From: an uncultured virus (IMG/VR IMGVR_UViG_3300019885_000016)
Taxonomy: Duplodnaviria > Heunggongvirae > Uroviricota > Caudoviricetes
DNA length: 20,000 bases
Reading direction: 5' to 3' (one strand)
Virus record (IMG/VR): IMGVR_UViG_3300019885_000016
Shown: one piece after another, positions 8,077-15,618 of the stretch
Numbering within the stretch: the stretch's first letter is position 1
How the letters are laid out: each line of letters begins with the position of its first letter
The notes under the pieces: generated by a model
Told to the model about the DNA's origin: nothing
The model's database searches: none
Seen by the model: only the letters and a program-made list of their open reading frames with translations
Program-made: the position numbers and the translations under genes

Positions 8077-8823
8077 ATGCCTGACACGATGCTACAGGTT
8101 GTGGCGGGAGTCCGCACGCTGCTTCGGCGTCCGAGTGAACAGAAACTGCCCACTCAGGACATCCGCGAACGTGCGGACGACTGCCTTCGTGCTTTGGTTC
8201 AGGAAGCCCAGCTAGAAGGCAGAGACCAGCGCACCGTAGTCACAGACGTTACTCTTTCTCCTGACACCATAGATTACACGATTGATCTGGACGTTTCGGA
8301 CTTTGAGCCTGTCCGTTTAGAGAGGGGATTGAACTATCCCAACATCGGTCAGGCGTGGACGGAAGTGGCTCTGGTTCCCTTTAACGCATGGGAGAAGCAT
8401 TTCAATCAAGATTACGTCGCCGGAGCGATCTACGGCGGGGAAGACGGCAGGACGAGAATAAAGCTGAACCTTGATTCAACCGAGTTTGGATTAAGCTACT
8501 GGCGGCTCTCCTACAGACCCTCTCTCCTGACGATTTTACAGCTAGGCGATAGACCTCCTTTGCCAGCACATTTCGTGCCGATGCTAAAGCTTGGCACGGC
8601 CACAGGGTGTATTCCGATTGTCCGGGATGACTCGGCGGAATGGATAGCGTGGGCTGCTACGACCCTTCCGCAGTACGCCCTTGAGTTTGCTTCATGGCGC
8701 GAGAGGTGGAAGGACTATTTGAATCATTCATTAGAGCCTAACACCGTTCCTATAAGACCGTTCAATGGCTTTCGTAGAGGTAATCGCAGGCGATTGAGAG
8801 CCTATTTGCCGATTGGAAGTTAG
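8077..8823 (+). CDS. Putative head-tail adaptor/ring protein 1 (248 aa)
   Basis: The pattern helix (MLQVVAGVRTLL), helix, beta insert (IDYTID), then PPLPAHFVPMLKLG plus helices is typical of podovirus adaptors. Its position between capsid and nozzle fits. Confidence 0.55.
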   Translation: MPDTMLQVVAGVRTLLRRPSEQKLPTQDIRERADDCLRALVQEAQLEGRDQRTVVTDVTLSPDTIDYTIDLDVSDFEPVRLERGLNYPNIGQAWTEVALVPFNAWEKHFNQDYVAGAIYGGEDGRTRIKLNLDSTEFGLSYWRLSYRPSLLTILQLGDRPPLPAHFVPMLKLGTATGCIPIVRDDSAEWIAWAATTLPQYALEFASWRERWKDYLNHSLEPNTVPIRPFNGFRRGNRRRLRAYLPIGS

Positions 8824-9540
8824 ATGGCGTACGCTGACCCCACAAGGATGTACAACCACATTCTTGACATCTTGAACGCAGCCGCCGAAGGCGCGTGGGG
8901 TGGAGATGTCTCTGACGGGCGAAGGTCGCAGGATGCCATTGAAAACGCAAGAATTCAGTCGGGCATGGAAGTCTTACGCGCCATCTCAATGAATCCTGAG
9001 AACGGTCATTACGGCGCGCTTGTTCAAGATATTGCTGTAGAGCATAACACACAGATTCCAGACCATGACGGGGAGACAGGCATTCCAAAGATAGTTCCCT
9101 TTGACGGAAGCGCTGCAAGAGAGGGAATCCCGGCAGACCCGGACGAGATTGATTCTTACCGCAACGATACGCTGGGGCTTTATTCGGCGGCATTGGATGG
9201 CACATCGGTTCTACACGACCAGCCGGATCAGAACAATCTGCCATCGCCCGTTTCTTTGAAATATTCGATTGTCGCGGGAAGGTTCAAGTTCACCGGACTC
9301 TCAGCAGTCATTCCCATGATCCAGTTAACCCGTGAGATGGCCGATGCGCAGATTCCAGAAAACTATGAGCCAACGGTGGTCAAGCTTTCAATCGCCAAAA
9401 CGGTTAAAGAAGGCGATAACCTCTATCAATATGCTCAGGCATACGCACAGGCTGGACAACAGGATTTGATGCAGATAATGAGCGGGGCGCTACAGGTTAG
9501 CCCCGTTCCAGAGATAGCAATGGCTCAGAAAAACCTCTAA
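8824..9540 (+). CDS. Putative adaptor/ring-like virion protein 2 (238 aa)
   Basis: Abuts the previous gene. It has N-terminal helices and a C-terminal IPENYEPTVVKLSIAK helix motif analogous to adaptor 1. Confidence 0.45.
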   Translation: MAYADPTRMYNHILDILNAAAEGAWGGDVSDGRRSQDAIENARIQSGMEVLRAISMNPENGHYGALVQDIAVEHNTQIPDHDGETGIPKIVPFDGSAAREGIPADPDEIDSYRNDTLGLYSAALDGTSVLHDQPDQNNLPSPVSLKYSIVAGRFKFTGLSAVIPMIQLTREMADAQIPENYEPTVVKLSIAKTVKEGDNLYQYAQAYAQAGQQDLMQIMSGALQVSPVPEIAMAQKNL

Positions 9541-9552
9541 GGAGATTTTACA

Positions 9553-10569
9553 ATGAACAGATACGCTCGCGCCCTCGCGCCTCTACTTTCTATCACCATA
9601 TTGCTCTCGACGCTCATCACAGTCTCGGCGTCTGGAAGTAAAACCATCGTCGCTAAATTCCCGACTACTTCAGCGATGAAGCTGGTTGACTCAGACCCTT
9701 CAATCACGAGTGTTCTGGTAGTCAACAATGGGTCGGTCACGGTCTATCTCGGAAACAGTTCATCCGTGACGGCTGCGGCATCGGCTTCGACAGACGGCAT
9801 CCCTCTTTATGTAAACAATTACATCGTCTTCAACGACGTGACGGATGCTCTGTACGGCATAACCTCTTCAGGTACTGGGAACCTGAGAATCACCACAACA
9901 AAGGGGGGAGGCCGGATAGAGAGCGGGCGATTGCAGACCTCTGGTATATCCAATGGAGCGGCTGCCAACACAATCCCGATGTCGAACGGCTCTGACCTCG
10001 TTGCCAGCAACGCTTTGGTCTACAACCTGTCAACAGCAATCACGCCTAATTCGACCACGACAAGCACGGCTGCGGGCACGCTTGCTATGACTTCAAACGC
10101 TACGGGGCGCGGGTCAATCTTCCGCTCCGACGGGACTAACTGGCAACTACTGTCGAACTATTCAGATGGTGCTTTCCAGAGTGAATCAGCCACCATAGCC
10201 ACAACAGGCAACACGGATACCTATGTCATTGCCCCCTACGCGGCTACCGTGACAGGGGTGGACTTTTCAGGTGTGGATGCTCTCTCTGCGAGTGACACCA
10301 ATTACATCACATTCTCCATTACTAATTTGGGACAGGCTGGCTCAGGCTCAAACCCCATCTTGGCGGCCACCGCTGCAAATACCACTCAGGCGACGGGCGG
10401 AACAGCCATCTCTGCCAACACGAAACGAAGTCTTACCTTAAACGGTACGGGGTCAAATCTGGTTGTCGCAGCAGGTGATCGTCTGAGGGTCAGGTATGCG
10501 GTAACAGGCACACTGGGAAACACTGTTACTTACGCGAAGATCATCATTCGCTTCACGCGCCTGTCGTAA
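9553..10569 (+). CDS. Ser/Thr-rich fibre/decoration-like beta protein with N-terminal signal peptide (338 aa)
   Basis: SD AAGGAG. The N-terminus is MNRYAR, a hydrophobic core, then VSA|S. It has the fibre-type motif IFRSDGTNW and a C-terminal jelly-roll-like domain (VAAGDRLRVRY). Confidence 0.65.
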   Translation: MNRYARALAPLLSITILLSTLITVSASGSKTIVAKFPTTSAMKLVDSDPSITSVLVVNNGSVTVYLGNSSSVTAAASASTDGIPLYVNNYIVFNDVTDALYGITSSGTGNLRITTTKGGGRIESGRLQTSGISNGAAANTIPMSNGSDLVASNALVYNLSTAITPNSTTTSTAAGTLAMTSNATGRGSIFRSDGTNWQLLSNYSDGAFQSESATIATTGNTDTYVIAPYAATVTGVDFSGVDALSASDTNYITFSITNLGQAGSGSNPILAATAANTTQATGGTAISANTKRSLTLNGTGSNLVVAAGDRLRVRYAVTGTLGNTVTYAKIIIRFTRLS

Positions 10570-10577
10570 GGAGAAAT

Positions 10578-11216
10578 GTGAGCCAACAGGCTACTCCGAA
10601 AGCTTACAGCGTTCTCCCCTTCCTTGCAGACCCAAAACGTGAGGCGGAGGACGCGCGCCTTCAGGAGATTCGCAGGGCTAGTTTCACACGCGGGCGACTG
10701 ACTGAAGCTGAAAAGATGGTCGCGCGGGGAATCGCACTTCAAGAGATAGCACAACGAAATCTTGAGCTTGTTGAAAAGAACAGGGCTGAACACCTCGCGA
10801 CTCCGCGACATAAAAGAAGGAAGGGCAAGGTAGTTGGCGAACTCAACTCACAGCGCCGACACGCTGAACGCCAGTTGGCCGAAGGGCTTCATCTCGTGGG
10901 GCGTCATCGGGAAGCCTCGGAAGTTCATCCCGATAAGGTGATGAAAGAGCATTACACGGAGGTAGCAGAGGCTATTGATAGAGACGACGAAGATGAGTGC
11001 TCATGCCCTCCGCAGGAATTCAACGGACAAAAGATTGACCACATCCGACCCGCAAGGATGGTCTACTCAGAAAAGCACAACGACTTGGTAGTGATGGAGC
11101 GATGTGTTAAGTGCAGACTTGCTAACGCGCGTCCTCCGAGTGGCACGCTTGCTACCAGATTGGCGGAACACGCGGCAAAGCATGTCCAGAAGGAATCAAG
11201 GGAAATACGGAGATAG
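10578..11216 (+). CDS. Hypothetical basic helical protein with C-terminal Cys cluster (CSC...CVKC), 212 aa
   Basis: GTG start after AAGGAG. It abuts the next gene. Confidence 0.7.
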   Translation: MSQQATPKAYSVLPFLADPKREAEDARLQEIRRASFTRGRLTEAEKMVARGIALQEIAQRNLELVEKNRAEHLATPRHKRRKGKVVGELNSQRRHAERQLAEGLHLVGRHREASEVHPDKVMKEHYTEVAEAIDRDDEDECSCPPQEFNGQKIDHIRPARMVYSEKHNDLVVMERCVKCRLANARPPSGTLATRLAEHAAKHVQKESREIRR

Positions 11217-13070
11217 TTGGTGCTTGAAATATTCGCCAGACAAGCCGTTACAGGCTATCAGTCATCTTCAAACCCGCTGCTCGCGCGGGAGGGCAGTGTT
11301 GTCTCAGGTTCAAAGAATCTTCTCATTTTAGGCACTGGTCGACCACAGTTAGCCAAAGGCCCGGTGATTATAAACGCGGTCACCGGAGGCCGTGTGATGT
11401 ACAACATCCCTGACGGTGGCTATGCTTCACTCGGAGATGCCACAACTCAAGGGATAGGCTCAATCAGTGGAATCATTGCTCGTGCATTTGCATTCGTCGG
11501 AGGCGGGCCGCTCTATATAAACGGAATATCTCGAAGCGTCAGCGCTTCCACAACCCCGCAACTCATTCTCTATAAATCAGGCTCATACTCGGGTTTAGGT
11601 ACTGGCCCGTTCACGATGGGTTTATCTCGTCCTAGCGCTCCAACCATAGCAACAACTCCGACTGTCAATACGGACATGTCGGGAACTGTTGCGGCTGAAA
11701 TCTGGTTCGTCCGCTCTGCCACAGGAGGAAGAAGTCGAGCATCGTTACCATCAAATGTTTTAGTAGTTGATGGGAAGACAGTAAGGATTACCATCTCAGG
11801 GGCAGATTTAACCACGGCATCAAATAATGGTTATGATCGCATCGGGGTCGCCGTCACATTGTTTGGTTTTGGGTTCAGCGGGCCATTTTATGAATATAAA
11901 GATGCGACCGTTAGCGGTGAGATTCCCATTTCATCATTAACTACTGTGGACGGAGTTGCTAATTCCTATGAATTGGCGTGGACGAATGGCTCTTTAGCGG
12001 GATCGGATTTAGCTCCCGGCTTGGATTTTCAACCTCCTCCGTTTGTCTTCCTTGCGGGGTTAGAAGATGTCTTGGCCGGTATTGGTGCTTGTGGTGATAT
12101 TTCGAGCGGAGTCTCTACGGGCAGTCCCGGCACGGCAATCGTTGTTTCTTTACCAGTATTCATAGAATCCTTCCCCCCTGATTCAATACTGTTCCTGCCA
12201 GAAGCTCCTACTGGTGTATTGTCCCGCGCCTCGGAGGGTTTTTGTTTCGTCGCGTGTAAAAACTCACTGCACGCTCTCCTCTATACAGGAGGCAAGAACC
12301 CTCTATCTCTGAGAACGGTCTGGGCGCAAGTGGGCTTCGCAAATCAGAAGAACATGACGCTCGCGGAAGGCGGTCGCCTCTATGGAATGAGTTCTGGCAA
12401 GAGGGGGCTGGTTCGCATAGGGGAGTCGGGTGAACCGGAAACCGAGTGGGCTGCCGATGTGGTTGAAGACGTAAGAGGGTGGGCGGCAGATAACGTAATT
12501 ACAGGCTGGGATGGTGATCATCAGATAGTCGCCTTCGGACACGTACAAACGATTCTATGTTTTGCTCCCGCTGCGCGAGGCGGTGAGGGTGCGTGGTCTG
12601 CTCCATATGATTTAACAGGAAAGATAACCGGGAACCTGTGTGCATGTGTGACCGTTCAGGGCGGGCTTCTGCTGGCCGCAAACGATGGTTCAACGATAAG
12701 GCTTTATACATTCAATGCCGGAACCGGGATGGTCTGCGAAGTCTATTTTCCTTTACAGGCTGTGGATGCCGAATCAGCCACTTTGACGAGAGTGAAAGTC
12801 TCGCTTCGAGCAGACAATACAGCGAATCCCGTTCAGGTGAAGATATTTGTAAACGGCGACCCGACTCCTGCCTACGACTCTGGAGATATAACTTTAAGTC
12901 GAACGGGACAGGTGGTCTTCTCAGTTCCCCGCAGACCGAATGTGCGAGGGGCGCGGATATTTCAATCCTATTTGAAGATGACAGGGACGGGTGGAAACGA
13001 TTGCGGGCCTGATGCGATTCAGGTTGAGGGCGAGAAATCCAATGTTGTTATCAGTGGAGTAGCAGCTTAA
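11217..13070 (+). CDS. Putative tail nozzle/DNA-stabilisation protein (P22 gp10 / T7 gp12-like), 617 aa
   Basis: All-beta, propeller-like repeat pattern with a central Ig/FN3-like insert (LSRPSAPTIA...GGRSRASLPSN) and a C-terminal beta-sandwich. Size and position after the adaptors fit. TTG start. Confidence 0.6.
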   Translation: MVLEIFARQAVTGYQSSSNPLLAREGSVVSGSKNLLILGTGRPQLAKGPVIINAVTGGRVMYNIPDGGYASLGDATTQGIGSISGIIARAFAFVGGGPLYINGISRSVSASTTPQLILYKSGSYSGLGTGPFTMGLSRPSAPTIATTPTVNTDMSGTVAAEIWFVRSATGGRSRASLPSNVLVVDGKTVRITISGADLTTASNNGYDRIGVAVTLFGFGFSGPFYEYKDATVSGEIPISSLTTVDGVANSYELAWTNGSLAGSDLAPGLDFQPPPFVFLAGLEDVLAGIGACGDISSGVSTGSPGTAIVVSLPVFIESFPPDSILFLPEAPTGVLSRASEGFCFVACKNSLHALLYTGGKNPLSLRTVWAQVGFANQKNMTLAEGGRLYGMSSGKRGLVRIGESGEPETEWAADVVEDVRGWAADNVITGWDGDHQIVAFGHVQTILCFAPAARGGEGAWSAPYDLTGKITGNLCACVTVQGGLLLAANDGSTIRLYTFNAGTGMVCEVYFPLQAVDAESATLTRVKVSLRADNTANPVQVKIFVNGDPTPAYDSGDITLSRTGQVVFSVPRRPNVRGARIFQSYLKMTGTGGNDCGPDAIQVEGEKSNVVISGVAA

Positions 13071-13619
13071 TTAAGATGGAACAAGTTCAGCAACAAGTGA
13101 ATTACGAAGGGCGTGGATTGCGCTTGCCTCGCATCTCGTATCTGTCCGTATGTATCCGCCATCTGCATGGTGTATGTAAGCGGTTTCACCTAGCGGGACG
13201 AGGTCAGACACAGCAGAGCCGATTAGAGGCGCGGGCGATGCGTGCCGACAATATCCGCACATCGCCTTTGCTGCTTCTTTGTAGGCTTCATCTTTTGCAG
13301 TGTGGATTATCTGCTCTGCTGTTAGGAAGCCAGAAATTGAGCCGTTTTCATCGCGCAAGGCGAATGTCTGTAAGCCTTGTGGCACTCGTCCGTAGGAGTT
13401 GTTTGAGTCGTTTGCCATGGGGTACTCCACGCTTGGAAAGCATTCGCGCATTTGCGGAGTCAACGCAGGGGCGATCTCTAAAACTTCCTTTCCACGAAAC
13501 ATTACATATATCTGATTGGGAAAGGTGTCAGTCAATGGTTGTCCTCTCTCTACGTCTACGAGGGTTGCGTATTCGGATGGCTCAAGGCGCAGCAACGTTA
13601 CTTCCACTTCGTTAGTCAT
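13071..13619 (-). CDS. Inverted (moron-like) hypothetical protein, 182 aa, with C-terminal CxxC...H...C motif
   Basis: Protein-like composition with EAAKAMCGYCR...IHH...RCEASAI. It has a consensus promoter upstream, and its stop abuts the nozzle stop (CTTAATTAAG). Confidence 0.7.
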   Translation of the reverse strand: MTNEVEVTLLRLEPSEYATLVDVERGQPLTDTFPNQIYVMFRGKEVLEIAPALTPQMRECFPSVEYPMANDSNNSYGRVPQGLQTFALRDENGSISGFLTAEQIIHTAKDEAYKEAAKAMCGYCRHASPAPLIGSAVSDLVPLGETAYIHHADGGYIRTDTRCEASAIHALRNSLVAELVPS

Positions 13620-13626
13620 GCGCTGA

Positions 13627-13635
13627 ATTATAACA
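13627..13635 (-). promoter_or_regulatory. Extended -10 promoter (TGnTATAAT) for the inverted gene; probable leaderless transcript
   Basis: The minus strand reads AAG-TG-T-TATAAT-TCAGCGC-ATG. The consensus hexamer is 7 nt before the ATG and there is no SD. Confidence 0.7.
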
Positions 13636-13638
13636 CTT

Positions 13639-14253
13639 ATGCCACTTCAACCTCCAACAATAGACGTAGAGATGGCGCAGCGTAGAGCAGGCGCGACAGA
13701 AGAAGAGGTGTCTCAATTCTCCGCTCCACGCTCTGCGACAACCGTTACAGGTGACTTCACCGTGGGGACTCGCACAGAGAGACTATCTGCGGTGAATCTG
13801 CAATCAGGCGACAGGTGGCTTGAAAGTGACACGGGTTGGGTCTATCGCTACACGGGAACTGCGTGGGCGTGGGCGTGGGGTCTCTATAAAGGAACTGATG
13901 CGCAACGAGGTGCAATCGCTCCCGCAGCAGCAGACAACGGAGCAGAGTTCTTAACTACTGACACGACTCCAAGAAAGTTCTATCGAGTGAGCGCAACAGC
14001 GTGGACACTTGTCGGGGTTTTATTGAATGCTCAAGGTGCTGCCGTTACCGACTATGCCGACAATATCGCGGGGACTGTATCAGACACGTTAGCGGCTATT
14101 CCAGACCCTGCGGATGCGCCCGTAGATGCGGATGCTTTAAGAGAAGACTTGGTGACGAATGTGTTGCCGAAGATTCGTTCTGCAATTTCAAGCATAGCGT
14201 CAAAGCAGAATACGGAGAGGTCAAGATTAAGAGGGGCAGGAGTAATAGCTTGA
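13639..14253 (+). CDS. Short fibre/needle-like virion protein (204 aa)
   Basis: Two copies of a fibre repeat (GTxxxR...G..[WF]LxxDT...YR....W) and a head-fibre-like C-terminal helix ending LRGAGVIA. It sits in the P22 gp26 slot between nozzle and GNAT. Confidence 0.55.
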   Translation: MPLQPPTIDVEMAQRRAGATEEEVSQFSAPRSATTVTGDFTVGTRTERLSAVNLQSGDRWLESDTGWVYRYTGTAWAWAWGLYKGTDAQRGAIAPAAADNGAEFLTTDTTPRKFYRVSATAWTLVGVLLNAQGAAVTDYADNIAGTVSDTLAAIPDPADAPVDADALREDLVTNVLPKIRSAISSIASKQNTERSRLRGAGVIA

Positions 14254-14597
14254 TTCGATTACTCGCAGAGGAAGAGAGAGGACAGGCGGAAGCCTTACAA
14301 AGAGAGTTCGCATCCTGCGGCGCGCTCTCATCTTCGTCTTCGATTGTGGGCGCGTTTACAGATGGTGAGTTGATTGCTCTCTTGGGCGTTGATTCTCTCG
14401 TCTTTCTCGGCCCACTGATTGTTAAAAAGGAGTGGAGAGGTAGGCAGCTTCCGGTTCAATTGGTTGAGTACGTTAAAGAGAGAGTACCTGAGAGAAAGCG
14501 GGTCTGTATTTATACGGATAACCCACACGTCAAGAAGTTGGCTGAAGAGTTCGGCATGAAACGCATGCCCGGCGAATTTTATATGGTTGAGGTGTAA
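14250..14597 (+). CDS. GNAT-fold acetyltransferase-like protein (115 aa; P22 gp14 / T7 gp13 position)
   Basis: Start moved to TTG 14250 (TTGA overlap, AGGAG upstream). GNAT motif A is LIVKKEWRGRQL and motif B is NPHVKKLAEEFGMK. Confidence 0.75.
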   Translation: MIRLLAEEERGQAEALQREFASCGALSSSSSIVGAFTDGELIALLGVDSLVFLGPLIVKKEWRGRQLPVQLVEYVKERVPERKRVCIYTDNPHVKKLAEEFGMKRMPGEFYMVEV

Positions 14598-14599
14598 AT

Positions 14600-15211
14600 A
14601 TGGGAGGCGGGCCATCGCGTGAAGAAAGAGAAGCACAGGAACGTCTTCGCCAGCAGGAAGCGGCGGACAGAGAGCGCTCTGACCGGCTACTGACAGCAGC
14701 CGAGCAGCCAGACCCTCTTGAGCAAAGACTAAAGAGCGAGAATCTTGGCTTCCTTGACTGGGAATCGGGCAAGAACGGGCCTGTAGATATTCAGAATGCT
14801 CCCGGCCTTGCTCCCTATCTCGACATTTACAACAAGGCGAGTCAACGGCGTGAAGGAGAACGAGCAGGGCAGGGCGTTGTCCAATTAGGAATGGATCAGC
14901 AGAACCCTGAACTCGCTGCAAGGATTCGTGAGCAACAGGACGTTGAGCGTCAACAAGCCGCCGCAGGCGACTTAGAAAATGCTTACCGGGCGAAATCAGC
15001 CGAAGCGCATAACTCGGCCTTACCCCTAATCAACATGGCTAACTCTCGCGCTATGAATTTGGCAGGCATGGCGTCAAACACGGCGGCTAATGACCAGAAT
15101 GCTTATCTCCAGTTCTTAACGCGACCGAGACAGCCCAGCTTTCTTAAATCTCTTGCCCTGTCTGTTGCTGGTGGTGCGGCAAGCAACCCGAAACTAGCTG
15201 CGATGATTTAA
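14600..15211 (+). CDS. Putative DNA ejection/internal virion protein (P22 gp7-like), 203 aa
   Basis: MGGG start, Q/A/E-rich helices and a Gly/Ala hydrophobic C-terminus. It directly follows the GNAT gene, as in P22/T7-like gene order. Confidence 0.55.
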   Translation: MGGGPSREEREAQERLRQQEAADRERSDRLLTAAEQPDPLEQRLKSENLGFLDWESGKNGPVDIQNAPGLAPYLDIYNKASQRREGERAGQGVVQLGMDQQNPELAARIREQQDVERQQAAAGDLENAYRAKSAEAHNSALPLINMANSRAMNLAGMASNTAANDQNAYLQFLTRPRQPSFLKSLALSVAGGAASNPKLAAMI

Positions 15212-15221
15212 GGAGAACAAG

Positions 15222-15614
15222 ATGCGATTCAACGGAAATCTTTTATTAGAAGATGGTGCTATTAAGACCATCTCGGAATTGATAGTCGCGGCGATGACCG
15301 CTCGTACATATGAATCCGCTCGGTCTAAAACGGATGCGGTGAATCGCATGAACCCCGCAATAGTTGCGGAAGGGTTTATCAAGCCGACAGGACAAGCTAT
15401 CTATTCAATAGATGCTTTCAAAGGCGTCAGAAATGGTGTTGCTGATTCTACTGTATGGAATGCCGGGGATTTCACAGCGTTACCCGGAGGTGGCGAAACT
15501 CTTGAGGCTGACATATCAAGACACTTCAACGGTGGAGAGGACTTGGCCTCTACTGTTCTCTATAACGGTTCCGGTGTGGATGTAACAATTTACGTTGACC
15601 TGTTCACGGCTTAA
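15222..15614 (+). CDS. Hypothetical protein (130 aa), probably virion-associated
   Basis: SD AAGGAG, beta-rich C-terminal half, located in the operon. Confidence 0.7.
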   Translation: MRFNGNLLLEDGAIKTISELIVAAMTARTYESARSKTDAVNRMNPAIVAEGFIKPTGQAIYSIDAFKGVRNGVADSTVWNAGDFTALPGGGETLEADISRHFNGGEDLASTVLYNGSGVDVTIYVDLFTA

Positions 15615-15618
15615 AATT

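Noticed and set aside
13076..13615. 179-aa + strand ORF co-directional with the operon
   Set aside because: It is R/L/S-rich and non-protein-like, and almost exactly shadows the minus-strand gene, which has a promoter and a metal-binding motif.
14001..14249. Cys-rich N-terminal extension of the GNAT ORF
   Set aside because: It is an out-of-frame overlap with the fibre gene. TTG 14250 has an SD and stop/start coupling.
5716..15211. Other short peptide matches: RDENG (254-aa vs 182-aa), AFAFVGGGP (nozzle) vs AFAVAEGGP, SNPKLAA vs SNPILAA, EHAL, KEAM, IPEN
   Set aside because: These are common turn or low-complexity motifs, mostly internal. They are recorded as background that weakens the 5-6-residue C-terminal matches.
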